Source: Rhodospirillales bacterium
Lineage (GTDB): Bacteria; Pseudomonadota; Alphaproteobacteria; JAJFIK01
Direction: 5' to 3'
Assembly (NCBI GenBank): GCA_021775005.1
Contig: JAJFIK010000056.1
Location: forward strand, 27,408 to 91,407
DNA: 64,000 bases
Shown: in pieces, positions 55,098-64,000 of the stretch
How the letters are laid out: the number at the start of each line of letters is the position of its first letter
Numbering within the stretch: position 1 is the first letter of the stretch
The notes under the pieces: generated by a model
Told to the model about the DNA's origin: nothing
The model's database searches: none
Seen by the model: the letters and a program-made list of their open reading frames with translations, nothing else
Program-made: the position numbers and the translations under genes

Positions 55098-56255
55098 ATG
55101 ACCACCATCCCCTGCCAGCGCGATGCGTTCGACCTCCCGCGCCATGTGACCTATTTGAACTGCGCCTACATGTCGCCCATTTCACGAACGGCCATGGCCG
55201 CAGGCGAGGTGGCGATTCGCGGCAAAACACGTCCCTTTGAGACCACTGCAGCAGACTTCTTCAGCTTACCGGATAGGGGTCGCGAGTTATTCGCGCAGAT
55301 CGTCGGTGCGGACAAAGAAGGCGTTGCCGTGGTGCCTGCCGCGTCCTATGGCATGGCGGCAGCGGCGCTGAACCTGCCCGTTGAGCGCGGGCAAGAGATT
55401 ATTGTGCTGAAAGATCAGTTCCCCTCAAACATCTACCCATGGCGACGGTTGGCAGCTGATCGTGGTGCCAAGGTTCACATGCTCAACCTGCCAGATGACG
55501 GTGCGAATTGGACCGATGCCCTGCTCAGCGCCATCACATCAAACACCGCCATTGTCGCCACGCCCCATTGTCATTGGACCAATGGCGCCTTGATCGATCT
55601 TGATCAGGTTGGCGCTGCTTGCCGCGCCAGTGATGCCGCGCTGGTGCTAGATCTTACTCAATCAGCCGGCGTGTTTCCCACTGACCTCAGCCGCATTCAA
55701 CCGGACTTTGCTGTCGCCGCCACCTATAAGTTTCTCATGGGCCCCTATGGATTGGGGTTCTTATGGGTGCACCCCAAATGGCGCGATGGCCGCCCGGTTG
55801 AAGAAAACTGGGGCAGCCGTAAAGGCGCAGAAGATTTTGCCCGGCTCGTCGACTATCAAGATGACTACGCTCCAGGGGCCAAGCGATTTGATATGGGCGA
55901 GCGCTCACAATTCCAAATCATGCCAGTGGCCATCGCCGGGATGGAGCAGCTCTTGGAGTGGGGTATTTCAAGCATCCAGGAAACTTTGACCGCGCGGACA
56001 TTGCAGATTGCCGCGCGCGCCAAGCAACTGGGGTTTCATTCATTGGACGTAGGCGAGCGCGCCGGTCACTATTTGGGTCTCACTCGCGATGGCGGTTTGC
56101 CGAAAAATTTGGTGCAGCGCCTGGCGGACCAAAATGTCTATGTTTCCGTGCGCGGGCCATCGGTCCGCATCACGCCGCATCTTTACAATGATGATGTGGA
56201 TGTTGATCGGTTTGTGGACGCGCTGACGAAAGAAGTTTCCCGCGCTAACGCCTAG
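55098..56255 (+). CDS. Class V-fold PLP-dependent aminotransferase/desulfurase-like enzyme
   Basis: 385-aa product. LNCAYMSP N-terminus, LDLTQSAG and [13 protein letters not shown] (PLP-lysine context) are typical of class V enzymes. Substrate is unknown. Confidence 0.7.
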   Translation: MTTIPCQRDAFDLPRHVTYLNCAYMSPISRTAMAAGEVAIRGKTRPFETTAADFFSLPDRGRELFAQIVGADKEGVAVVPAASYGMAAAALNLPVERGQEIIVLKDQFPSNIYPWRRLAADRGAKVHMLNLPDDGANWTDALLSAITSNTAIVATPHCHWTNGALIDLDQVGAACRASDAALVLDLTQSAGVFPTDLSRIQPDFAVAATYKFLMGPYGLGFLWVHPKWRDGRPVEENWGSRKGAEDFARLVDYQDDYAPGAKRFDMGERSQFQIMPVAIAGMEQLLEWGISSIQETLTARTLQIAARAKQLGFHSLDVGERAGHYLGLTRDGGLPKNLVQRLADQNVYVSVRGPSVRITPHLYNDDVDVDRFVDALTKEVSRANA

Positions 56256-57064
56256 CTTTTCAGCGTATGCCCGTGATTGAGCGGCCCATGCCCCATGCCG
56301 AGCCCTGGCGCGGTGCGAATAGCTTCAAGGACATAGCCCCGCGCGCGCGCCACTGAACGCGAGAGAGGAAATCCAAGCCCCAAGTTGACTGCAATGGCGC
56401 TGGCCAAGGTGCAGCCGGTGCCATGGGTATGCATGGTATCAATGCGGGGAGAGGTAAATTTCTCCCACCCTTCATCTTCGCTCACCAACATGTCGATGAC
56501 CTGATCGCCCGGTAAATGCCCGCCCTTAACGAGCGCTGCGCGCGCGCCCATCTTGAGCAAACGCTCCCCCGCTCGCGCTTGGTCATCAGCATTTTCAATG
56601 GTCATACCCGTCAAGGCTTCGGCCTCTGGCACATTGGGTGTTACCAGGGTCGCGCGAGGAAAGAGGATGGTCTTGAGCGCAGCTTCAGCGCTTTCTTCCA
56701 ATAGCCGCGCGCCGCCTTTGGCCACCATGACCGGGTCGACCACCAGCGGCACGTGTTCTGCATACTCGTCAATGGTGCCCGCTACCGCATCAATAACTTG
56801 CGGGCTATGAAGCATGCCCGTCTTCACGGCATCGGTGCCAATGTCATCAAGCACCACGCGCATTTGCTGAACAATAATGTCTACAGGTATCTCGTGGATG
56901 CCAAAGACGCCTAAGGTGTTTTGGACGGTTACTGCGGTCACAGCCGTGGAGGCATACCCTCCCAGTGCGGTCACAGTTTTGATGTCAGCTTGCAGCCCCG
57001 CACCACCGGAGGAATCAGACCCAGCAACAATCAGCACGCGGCCTGGCAAAATTGTTTCACTCAT
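56252..57064 (-). CDS. thiD: Hydroxymethylpyrimidine/phosphomethylpyrimidine kinase
   Basis: 270-aa ORF. AGSDSSGGAGLQADIKT, VVDPVMVAKGG, THGTGCTLASAIA. Confidence 0.9.
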   Translation of the reverse strand: MSETILPGRVLIVAGSDSSGGAGLQADIKTVTALGGYASTAVTAVTVQNTLGVFGIHEIPVDIIVQQMRVVLDDIGTDAVKTGMLHSPQVIDAVAGTIDEYAEHVPLVVDPVMVAKGGARLLEESAEAALKTILFPRATLVTPNVPEAEALTGMTIENADDQARAGERLLKMGARAALVKGGHLPGDQVIDMLVSEDEGWEKFTSPRIDTMHTHGTGCTLASAIAVNLGLGFPLSRSVARARGYVLEAIRTAPGLGMGHGPLNHGHTLKS

Positions 57065-57071
57065 GAAGGGC

Positions 57072-58418
57072 TCACACCGTCACAGATTCAATGGCCCCGA
57101 CAATATCGCCAACGACGCTGCGCACCAGCACATCATCGTCGCATTCCGCCATAACACGGATGACAGGTTCGGTACCGGAGGGGCGAATGACCAGACGGCC
57201 GCGACGTTTGAGTTTTTCTTCACCCGCTGCAATGGCCTTCAGAACCGCGCTGTCTTCAAGGGGCTTGCCACCATTGAACTTCACGTTCTCAAGAACTTGG
57301 GGGAAGGGTTCAAACTTGTGGCAAACCTCGCTCACCGGTTTACCGCTCAGGACCAATTCCGCCAGCACTTGCAACGCCGCCACCAAGCCGTCACCTGTTG
57401 TGGTGTAGTCGCTCATGACGATGTGTCCGGACTGCTCCCCCCCCAAATTAAAGCCGCCCTTGCGCATGGCGTCGACCACATAGCGATCACCAACTTTTGT
57501 GCGCACAAGATCAATCTTGTGCCCCTCAAGATATTTCTCAAGGCCCAGGTTCGACATCACAGTGGCAACAACGGTGTTGCCTTGCAGCCTGCCTCGGCGC
57601 GCCCAGCTTGACGCGATCAACGCCATAATCTGATCGCCGTCCACAAGTGTGCCGTTTTCGTCAGAGATCACTACCCGATCCGCGTCGCCATCAAGGGCAA
57701 TACCGATATGGGCCTTGGCTTTGCGCACTTCATTACGCATCCAGTCCGGCGATGTAGATCCGCAGCCTTTGTTGACGTTAAAGCCATTGGGGGTTACGCC
57801 GATAGGGATCACCTCAGCGCCTAATTCCCACAGCACCGTCGGTGCCACGCGATAAGCCGCGCCATTGGAGCAATCGATGACGATCCGCAATCCCTCAAGC
57901 GTCACTTCATCACGAAGCGTACCCTTGGCAAGTTCCACATAGCGCGCTTGCGCATCATCGATGCGTTTGGCGCGACCAAGAGCTTCTGGCTTGGCGAGGC
58001 CGTCAGAAAGGCCCTTGTCCATCAAATCTTCGATTTCAAGTTCAACTTCGTCGGAAAGCTTATAACCGTCTGGCCCAAATAATTTGATACCGTTGTCATG
58101 AAAGGCATTGTGCGAGGCTGAGATCATCACCCCAAGGTCAGCGCGCATGGATTTGGTCATCATCGCCACGGCAGGCGTGGGCAAGGGGCCGAACAAAAAC
58201 ACGTCCATCCCCACCGAGGTAAAGCCCGCCACAAGAGCGGGCTCAACCATGTAGCCCGAGAGGCGCGTATCTTTGCCAATGACAACGCGATGGCGATGGT
58301 CGCCGCGCGTAAATACTTTCCCCGCTGCCATACCGACCCGGAGCGCTGTTTCAGGGTCCATTGGCGCTTTATTCGCCGTACCGCGAATACCATCGGTGCC
58401 AAAATACTTTCGCGTCAT
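57072..58418 (-). CDS. glmM: Phosphoglucosamine mutase
   Basis: 448-aa [12 protein letters not shown], active-site [30 protein letters not shown]. Confidence 0.95.
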   Translation of the reverse strand: MTRKYFGTDGIRGTANKAPMDPETALRVGMAAGKVFTRGDHRHRVVIGKDTRLSGYMVEPALVAGFTSVGMDVFLFGPLPTPAVAMMTKSMRADLGVMISASHNAFHDNGIKLFGPDGYKLSDEVELEIEDLMDKGLSDGLAKPEALGRAKRIDDAQARYVELAKGTLRDEVTLEGLRIVIDCSNGAAYRVAPTVLWELGAEVIPIGVTPNGFNVNKGCGSTSPDWMRNEVRKAKAHIGIALDGDADRVVISDENGTLVDGDQIMALIASSWARRGRLQGNTVVATVMSNLGLEKYLEGHKIDLVRTKVGDRYVVDAMRKGGFNLGGEQSGHIVMSDYTTTGDGLVAALQVLAELVLSGKPVSEVCHKFEPFPQVLENVKFNGGKPLEDSAVLKAIAAGEEKLKRRGRLVIRPSGTEPVIRVMAECDDDVLVRSVVGDIVGAIESVTV

Positions 58419-58498
58419 AAGGGTCCGCTCTCTGTCAGCCGAAAAGGCCGTTTGGGATTTAACTTCTCATACACTACGGCAATGAGGTCAAAAAAGGG

Positions 58499-59332
58499 TC
58501 ACCGCCGATTTGCAGCGATTGCCCCGGAAACTGCCAGAAATTGCACAGTTTCCCTAACGTCGTGAACACGGAAAATATTAACGCCAGCGGCCAGACCACT
58601 TGCCGCCGCCGCCAGCGAGCCCCCGAGCCGGGCATCTACCGACGCGCCGTCATCAACCTTGCCAATAAAACTCTTGCGAGAGGCCCCTAGCAAAAGCGGT
58701 ACCCCCAAGTCGGCAAACCGCTTAAGATTGGCCAGAAGGTCCAAATTGTGCGCCAGGGTTTTGCCAAATCCAATGCCGGGATCTGCGATAATGTTAGCGC
58801 GACCAAGCCCCGCGCCTTCGCAAGCTTCGATGCGGCTTGCCAAATAGGCAAAGACCTCTTCCACAACATCATTGTAGTGTGGATCGTCTTGCATGGTCTT
58901 GGGATCGCCCTGGGCATGCATCAGCACGACGGGAACGTTGAGGCTCGCCACTGTCGCCATGGCCTTGGGATCATAACTCAGCGCCGAGACATCATTGATT
59001 AGCGCCGCGCCCGCGTTTACGGCAGCGCGCATCACATCTGATTTTCGCGTATCGATGGAAACAGGACCAAGCCCCGCCGCGACTAAGTGCTCGATCACTG
59101 GAATGACACGCACGAGCTCCTTATCAAGAGGAACAATATCTGATCCTGGCCGGGTGCTTTCACCACCAACATCAATAAAGTCCGCGCCAGCCGCTTTCAT
59201 CGCCCGTGCATGTTCAATTGCGGCATCAAGCGCTGCAAAGTGACCGCCGTCTGAGAAGGAATCCGGCGTGACGTTGAGGATGCCCATAATGCGCGGGCGA
59301 TCGAGGGGAACGCCTGCGATTTGACGGGTCAT
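58499..59332 (-). CDS. folP: Dihydropteroate synthase
   Basis: 277-aa ORF. MGILNVTPDSFSDGG, DVGGESTRPG, INDVSAL, DPGIGFGK. Confidence 0.9.
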   Translation of the reverse strand: MTRQIAGVPLDRPRIMGILNVTPDSFSDGGHFAALDAAIEHARAMKAAGADFIDVGGESTRPGSDIVPLDKELVRVIPVIEHLVAAGLGPVSIDTRKSDVMRAAVNAGAALINDVSALSYDPKAMATVASLNVPVVLMHAQGDPKTMQDDPHYNDVVEEVFAYLASRIEACEGAGLGRANIIADPGIGFGKTLAHNLDLLANLKRFADLGVPLLLGASRKSFIGKVDDGASVDARLGGSLAAAASGLAAGVNIFRVHDVRETVQFLAVSGAIAANRR

Positions 59333-59347
59333 CGTCTGGATCGTCGC

Positions 59348-61261
59348 TTAGGCACCCTGCGGATCAGGCGCAGAGCCGCCGCTCGGTCGCCGACCGGATT
59401 TAGGTACCGCAGAGGTTGAACTTGGCTCTGACACAATGGTGTCTGCCGGATCTTCCCGATTGGGTTTCTCACCCTTCAGAAGAGCCAACATTTCCTCGCC
59501 AGAAAGCGTTTCATATTCAAGCAAACCCTGCGCCAGCGCCTCAAGATCCTCGGGATTTTCCGTAAGGATCTTATAGGCTACGTCGTGGCCTTCCTGAATG
59601 ATGCGCTTTACTTCGCTGTCAATCAGCCGCGAGGTTTCCTCAGAGACATTTTGCGTGCGCGCAACGGAATGTCCAAGGAACACTTCTTCCTGATTGTCGC
59701 CATAGGACACTTTCCCTAGCTCATCAGAAAAACCCCATTGCGTGACCATGGCCCGCGCCATGCGGGTTGCCCCTTGAATGTCAGAGGACGCGCCGGAGGT
59801 CACTTTGTCTTTGCCAAAAATCAGTTCTTCCGCAATGCGTCCGCCCATCAAAATGGCAATACGGGATTGCATCTGCTCAAGGCTCATGGACAGCTGATCT
59901 TCTTCAGGCAACTGCATGACCATGCCGAGGGCCCGGCCGCGAGGGATAATTGTTGCTTTGTGCACCGGGTCAGTAGCACCAACTTTGAGTGCCACAAGGG
60001 CATGTCCACCTTCATGATAGGCGGTGAGCCGCTTTTGCTCCTCAGTCATGACCATGGAGCGGCGTTCCGCCCCCATCATCACTTTGTCCTTGGCGTCTTC
60101 AAATTCTGCCATGGTGACCAACCGCTTATTGCGCCGCGCCGCCATCAGTGCCGCTTCATTCACCAAATTGGCCAAGTCAGCACCTGAAAAGCCCGGAGTA
60201 CCGCGCGCGATGGTCCGTGGATTGACGTCTGGTGCCAGCGGCACTTTGCGCATGTGCACGCGCAAGATTTTTTCACGGCCGATAATATCCGGATTTGGCA
60301 CCACAACCTGGCGGTCAAAGCGACCCGGGCGCAACAGCGCAGGGTCAAGAACGTCAGGCCGGTTGGTCGCCGCGATTAGGATCACGCCTTCATTGGCTTC
60401 GAATCCATCCATCTCAACAAGCAACTGATTGAGGGTTTGTTCACGTTCATCATTGCCGCCGCCAAGGCCGGCGCCCCGGTGCCGCCCCACTGCATCAATT
60501 TCATCAATGAAGATAATGCAAGGCGCATTCTTTTTGCCTTGTTCAAACATGTCGCGCACACGGCTTGCGCCGACGCCCACAAACATCTCAACAAAATCAG
60601 AGCCTGAGATAGTAAAGAACGGCACATTCGCTTCGCCTGCAATGGCGCGCGCCAGCAGCGTCTTACCGGTCCCAGGAGGGCCCACAAGCAAACAGCCTTT
60701 GGGAATTTTACCGCCAAGGCGTTGGAATTTTTGCGGGTCGCGCAGAAAGTCAACAACTTCGCTCAATTCTTCTTTGGCTTCGTCAACGCCCGCCACATCT
60801 TCAAACGTCACCCGGCCATGTTTTTCCGTAAGCAGCTTTGCGCGGGACTTGCCAAACCCCATGGCCCCGCGACCGCCACCTTGCATTTGGCGCATAAAGA
60901 AAATCCACACCGCGATAAGCAGCAACATGGGAAACCAATTGATCAATACGCCAAGGAGCGGATTGATGCCCGACCGATCCTCATAACGAATGCTCACGCC
61001 ATGTTCCGTTAGAAGATCCAGAAACGGCTCGCTGGAAGGGTTCACATTGGTTGTAAAGTGCGAACCGTCAGTATTGGTCCCGGTCACAACACCATTGCTG
61101 ATTTCAACGCTTTCAACACGCCCCGTTTCGACGGCTGTTAGAAACTGCGAATAGTCCACATTCGTATCAGCGGCGGTGTTTTCAGCCGGCTTCAAAATAT
61201 TCACCAGCGCCACAACAAGCAGCACAACGATCGCCCAGATCATGAGATTGCGGAGATTCAT
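59348..61261 (-). CDS. ftsH: ATP-dependent zinc metalloprotease FtsH
   Basis: 637-aa ORF. Walker A GPPGTGKT, Walker [13 protein letters not shown] region [19 protein letters not shown], and HEGGH zinc site. Confidence 0.97.
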   Translation of the reverse strand: MNLRNLMIWAIVVLLVVALVNILKPAENTAADTNVDYSQFLTAVETGRVESVEISNGVVTGTNTDGSHFTTNVNPSSEPFLDLLTEHGVSIRYEDRSGINPLLGVLINWFPMLLLIAVWIFFMRQMQGGGRGAMGFGKSRAKLLTEKHGRVTFEDVAGVDEAKEELSEVVDFLRDPQKFQRLGGKIPKGCLLVGPPGTGKTLLARAIAGEANVPFFTISGSDFVEMFVGVGASRVRDMFEQGKKNAPCIIFIDEIDAVGRHRGAGLGGGNDEREQTLNQLLVEMDGFEANEGVILIAATNRPDVLDPALLRPGRFDRQVVVPNPDIIGREKILRVHMRKVPLAPDVNPRTIARGTPGFSGADLANLVNEAALMAARRNKRLVTMAEFEDAKDKVMMGAERRSMVMTEEQKRLTAYHEGGHALVALKVGATDPVHKATIIPRGRALGMVMQLPEEDQLSMSLEQMQSRIAILMGGRIAEELIFGKDKVTSGASSDIQGATRMARAMVTQWGFSDELGKVSYGDNQEEVFLGHSVARTQNVSEETSRLIDSEVKRIIQEGHDVAYKILTENPEDLEALAQGLLEYETLSGEEMLALLKGEKPNREDPADTIVSEPSSTSAVPKSGRRPSGGSAPDPQGA

Positions 61262-61368
61262 AGGGGACGTTTCCCTTTTTGGTTGGTCAGGGGCCCGAAA
61301 GCCGAATTTGCATCAAGATAGGTCGAATTAGTTAGAATTCACCTACGAATTCAAAATAGGAGTATTTC

Positions 61369-62697
61369 TCAAAATTGCCAGTGCTGAGGCCGCCGCACGC
61401 TGATATTAGCCATTTCTTGCGCGGCCGGCGCGGTTGTAAGGACGAACTCACCCCCTTCTCGCACCAAAACGGGCAGCGCGGCCTGAAAGCGCGGCGGCAC
61501 AAGTTCCGATAATTCCCCGCGATCCGTCTTGCCAAGGGCGGTAAGCCGGACCTGCCCCAACGCCTCAATCGCAATAGCTTGGGACATCATTGACTGGATC
61601 TCGTAGCGACCATCCCAGATAATTGCCCCATGGGGCGGAACCACATCGGTGCCAAGATTGCGCGCCTCCCGGCCAATCAGAAATTCCTCACCTTTGCGAT
61701 AAATAAGCGCGCCGCCGAGGGTGATCGCATGAAAGTTTGAGCCTGCAAGAGCAGACGCCGCCCGCAATAACGCATCGCCTTTGGGGGCAAAGGGTTGGCC
61801 GCCATAGCAGCGCACAAGCCGCGCCAACCCATGGAGCCGAATAACGTCCGGCGCAGAATGAAGCACTCGCACATTAATGCGCGCCCACCCAAATGGCGAA
61901 GTGTCCACCGCATCAAGGATCAGATCATCGACGCCATGGTCCAAGGCTTCGCGCGCATGAAAACTGTCAGCGGCAATGCTTTCAAGGGTCGGGGCGATAG
62001 CGGCATCGGACGTGCGCAACGCATCTCGCATGCGAACACGCTCAAATTTGCTGTCGCGATTGGAGGGGTCACTTACCCACTCCAGACCATGCAACATGAG
62101 ATAGGATTGCAGATCGTGCCGCTTGAATGAGAGCAGCGGCCGCAGCAGTCGAACACCGCCGCCCAGGTTTCGCTCCACCGGCATGCCCGCAAGTCCCCGC
62201 GTGCCGCTTCCCTTGAGCAGGCGCATGCCCACGGTTTCAAGTTGGTCGTCTTCGGTATGCCCCGCGAGGAGGTTTGCCACCTTATTTAGGCGACACCAAT
62301 TTCCCATCAAAGCGTAGCGCGCGTCACGGGCGCGTTCTTGAAGTCGCGCCCCTGGTGCCGATGCCATCCAAGGCAAAATCGTATGAGTAAATCCAGCTGC
62401 CCGCGCGTGCTCGCCGGCCAATTTAGCTTCTGCCAATGCTTCAGCCCTTAGACCGTGATCGACGGTCAGTACGTGAATTTGGCTGGTGTCTACTTGCGTG
62501 GCGGCAGCCCAATCTGCTGTCAGTTGGAGTAATGCGAGGCTGTCGCTGCCGCCCGAAACCGCCAACGCCAAGGGCAGGCTTGGCGCAAGGCGCTCAAGGT
62601 CCGCCACAAAGGACAGCGCTAAGTCGTTGGCGGGGCTAGCGGCAATTGTTGGAGGCACGTTCACGAGCCACGTTTCGCTGCACCCGATCTGACGCAT
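61369..62697 (-). CDS. tilS: tRNA(Ile)-lysidine synthase
   Basis: PP-loop AVSGGSDSLALL. The start is uncertain: ATG at 62754 or 62697, or GTG at 62664/62658. All candidates overlap or abut the cpoB 3' end (62636). Confidence 0.85.
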   Translation of the reverse strand: MRQIGCSETWLVNVPPTIAASPANDLALSFVADLERLAPSLPLALAVSGGSDSLALLQLTADWAAATQVDTSQIHVLTVDHGLRAEALAEAKLAGEHARAAGFTHTILPWMASAPGARLQERARDARYALMGNWCRLNKVANLLAGHTEDDQLETVGMRLLKGSGTRGLAGMPVERNLGGGVRLLRPLLSFKRHDLQSYLMLHGLEWVSDPSNRDSKFERVRMRDALRTSDAAIAPTLESIAADSFHAREALDHGVDDLILDAVDTSPFGWARINVRVLHSAPDVIRLHGLARLVRCYGGQPFAPKGDALLRAASALAGSNFHAITLGGALIYRKGEEFLIGREARNLGTDVVPPHGAIIWDGRYEIQSMMSQAIAIEALGQVRLTALGKTDRGELSELVPPRFQAALPVLVREGGEFVLTTAPAAQEMANISVRRPQHWQF

Positions 62698-63640
62698 TGG
62701 GATAGGCCTGCGCCACTTGATCGAACGCACTGCACGCTTCAGCGACCTGCCCAAGCGCGGACAGGGACATGCCCAGTTTTAAGAGACTATCGGGGGCCTT
62801 TTCCTCACCACCATAATCTCGGGCGCTGGTGAGATAGGCCGTTGCCGCTCGTGCGTATTCGCCGCGTACAAAGCGCGATTCACCCAACCAAAAGTGCGCT
62901 TCCCCTGCTCGGCCAGAGCTTGGATAAGCGGAAATGAAATCCTGAAAGGTAGTTTCCGCATCCGTGAAGTCGCCCTGCCGGAGCAGCTGCATGCCAATTT
63001 CAAAGTCCGCATCTTCTGAGCCCGAAAGCCGAGATGCTGAAATCGCACCGAGTAATTGTGGCTGCCCTGCCCCTGACATGGACGGCGGACCAACATTTTC
63101 TGTGAGGTCCGCTTCAACGCCGAGAACATCGTCAGAATTTGGCGAAGGGACAGGTGCGCTTTGCGAGGCGCCAAGGGGGCGCGTATCGCTTCGTAGGCCG
63201 GCGCTGGCAACAGGGGCGCCTTCGCCAGGCCCTAAATTGCCTTCAAGCGCGCGCAACCGGTAATCCACATCACCCATGACGCGCTCGAATTGTTCACTGA
63301 GTTGATTGATGCGGAAGGTCAGGCGCTCAATTTCGCCTGTCATACCGCGCAAGGAGAGTTCCAAATCATCGACCCGGCGACTTAAGATCGCCGTTGCCGG
63401 CAGGTTCACTTCCTCAGCCCGAACGGTAGAGGTATACGATCCGCCGTCTGAATTGGGTGATGGCGGCGCCTGATAGGTGTAGCGCTGCAGGTCTTGAAGC
63501 TCACGCTCCAGGCGATCAATGCGCGTCTGTAGATCCTGCGGGTTGTTGCCGTATTGTGCCGTGGCTGGCACGGCAGCCATGGTAACCATCAGGCCGAGCC
63601 CAATAATTACTCCGATAATTCGTCTCGTCGCCACAGTCAT
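62636..63640 (-). CDS. cpoB: Tol-Pal system protein CpoB/YbgF
   Basis: Start at MTVATRRIIGVIIGLGLMV (signal/anchor). N-terminal coiled coil (RIDRLERELQDLQ...) and C-terminal TPR repeats (YPSSGRAGEAHFWLGESRFVRGEYARAATAY...). Located downstream of pal. Confidence 0.85.
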   Translation of the reverse strand: MTVATRRIIGVIIGLGLMVTMAAVPATAQYGNNPQDLQTRIDRLERELQDLQRYTYQAPPSPNSDGGSYTSTVRAEEVNLPATAILSRRVDDLELSLRGMTGEIERLTFRINQLSEQFERVMGDVDYRLRALEGNLGPGEGAPVASAGLRSDTRPLGASQSAPVPSPNSDDVLGVEADLTENVGPPSMSGAGQPQLLGAISASRLSGSEDADFEIGMQLLRQGDFTDAETTFQDFISAYPSSGRAGEAHFWLGESRFVRGEYARAATAYLTSARDYGGEEKAPDSLLKLGMSLSALGQVAEACSAFDQVAQAYPNASDRVQRNVARERASNNCR

Positions 63641-63770
63641 TGTAGCGCCCTCCAAGCGTTATTGTTGTGACGTCAGGGGAATTGGTTTGCACTTTACATG
63701 CGACCAAAATGAGGCGGGGCGCCCCGCTCTTCCAAGCAGGACGCCCCGGTATTCATTTATCGCGCTGACC

Positions 63771-64000
63771 TTAAGCGCCGTAAGGGCTGCTTACAACGCT
63801 GACACCACGGCGATTAAGACGCCATGCCGCTTCGTTATGCCCATCAGCGACCGGACGTTCCTTGCCATAAGAAATCGTACGGATACGAGCGGGATCTACG
63901 CCCAGGCTCACGAGATAATCGCGAACCGCTGTGGCACGACGCGAACCAAGCGCCAAGTTATAGTCCCGGGTCCCGCGTTCATCGCAGTGCCCTTCAACTG
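63771..64000 (-). CDS. pal: Peptidoglycan-associated lipoprotein Pal, C-terminal part (5' end beyond window)
   Basis: Own translation extends the track ORF upstream: ...[47 protein letters not shown], the OmpA-like peptidoglycan-binding signature. Confidence 0.9.
   Translation of the reverse strand, partial: VEGHCDERGTRDYNLALGSRRATAVRDYLVSLGVDPARIRTISYGKERPVADGHNEAAWRLNRRGVSVVSSPYGA

Noticed and set aside
57065-57071. TPP riboswitch upstream of thiD.
   Set aside because: thiD starts 7 nt after the glmM stop, so there is no space for a leader. thiD is evidently co-transcribed with glmM.
1-64000. Window-wide search for CRISPR arrays, IS elements or transposases, integrases, prophage genes, rRNA, tmRNA, RNase P or SRP RNA.
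   Set aside because: I noticed no repeat-spacer periodicity. No ORF has DDE, tyrosine-recombinase or serine-recombinase signatures. No long non-coding stretch resembles these RNAs. This was an eye-scan only, so short or degenerate elements could have been missed.

Overview
Gene-dense chromosomal segment of about 65 genes, with G+C roughly 58-62% by spot counts. It carries clear alphaproteobacterial hallmarks: ctrA, chpT, sciP, an alphaproteobacterial-type fliJ, rpoH, the end of the tol-pal cluster (cpoB, pal), and DUF1285/DUF1134 genes. Most of it is housekeeping: cca, sppA, queCE, ileS, mnmA, rluD-like, purA, serAC, thiD, glmM, folP, ftsH, tilS and one tRNA with a CAU anticodon. I found no rRNA, CRISPR array, IS element, transposase or integrase. 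Accessory or unusual content: (1) A roughly 7.7-kb stretch lies between ileS and tRNA(CAU)/mnmA. It holds a translationally coupled pair of proteins I cannot assign to any family (29222-30594), which is my best candidate for an undescribed module. It also holds a lower-G+C MBOAT plus SGNH-like O-acyltransferase pair, an HxlR/small membrane protein/desaturase operon, an S41 peptidase whose signal peptide is in a different reading frame, and gene fragments next to the tRNA. (2) A low-G+C RES/Xre-type toxin-antitoxin module with operator-like repeats is wedged between rpoH and purA. (3) The cell-cycle genes are clustered (sciP ... fliJ, ctrA, receiver, chpT) and interrupted by LemA/DUF2207. (4) A PhnF/HutC-type regulator with a palindromic operator sits between an AurF-like diiron oxygenase and a vanadium-haloperoxidase-like protein, followed by two DUF3313-like paralogues. 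(5) A MoxR/DUF58/BatA-like/membrane-protein operon is present. All functional calls rest on motifs I read in the supplied translations and on remembered family signatures. No database search was run.
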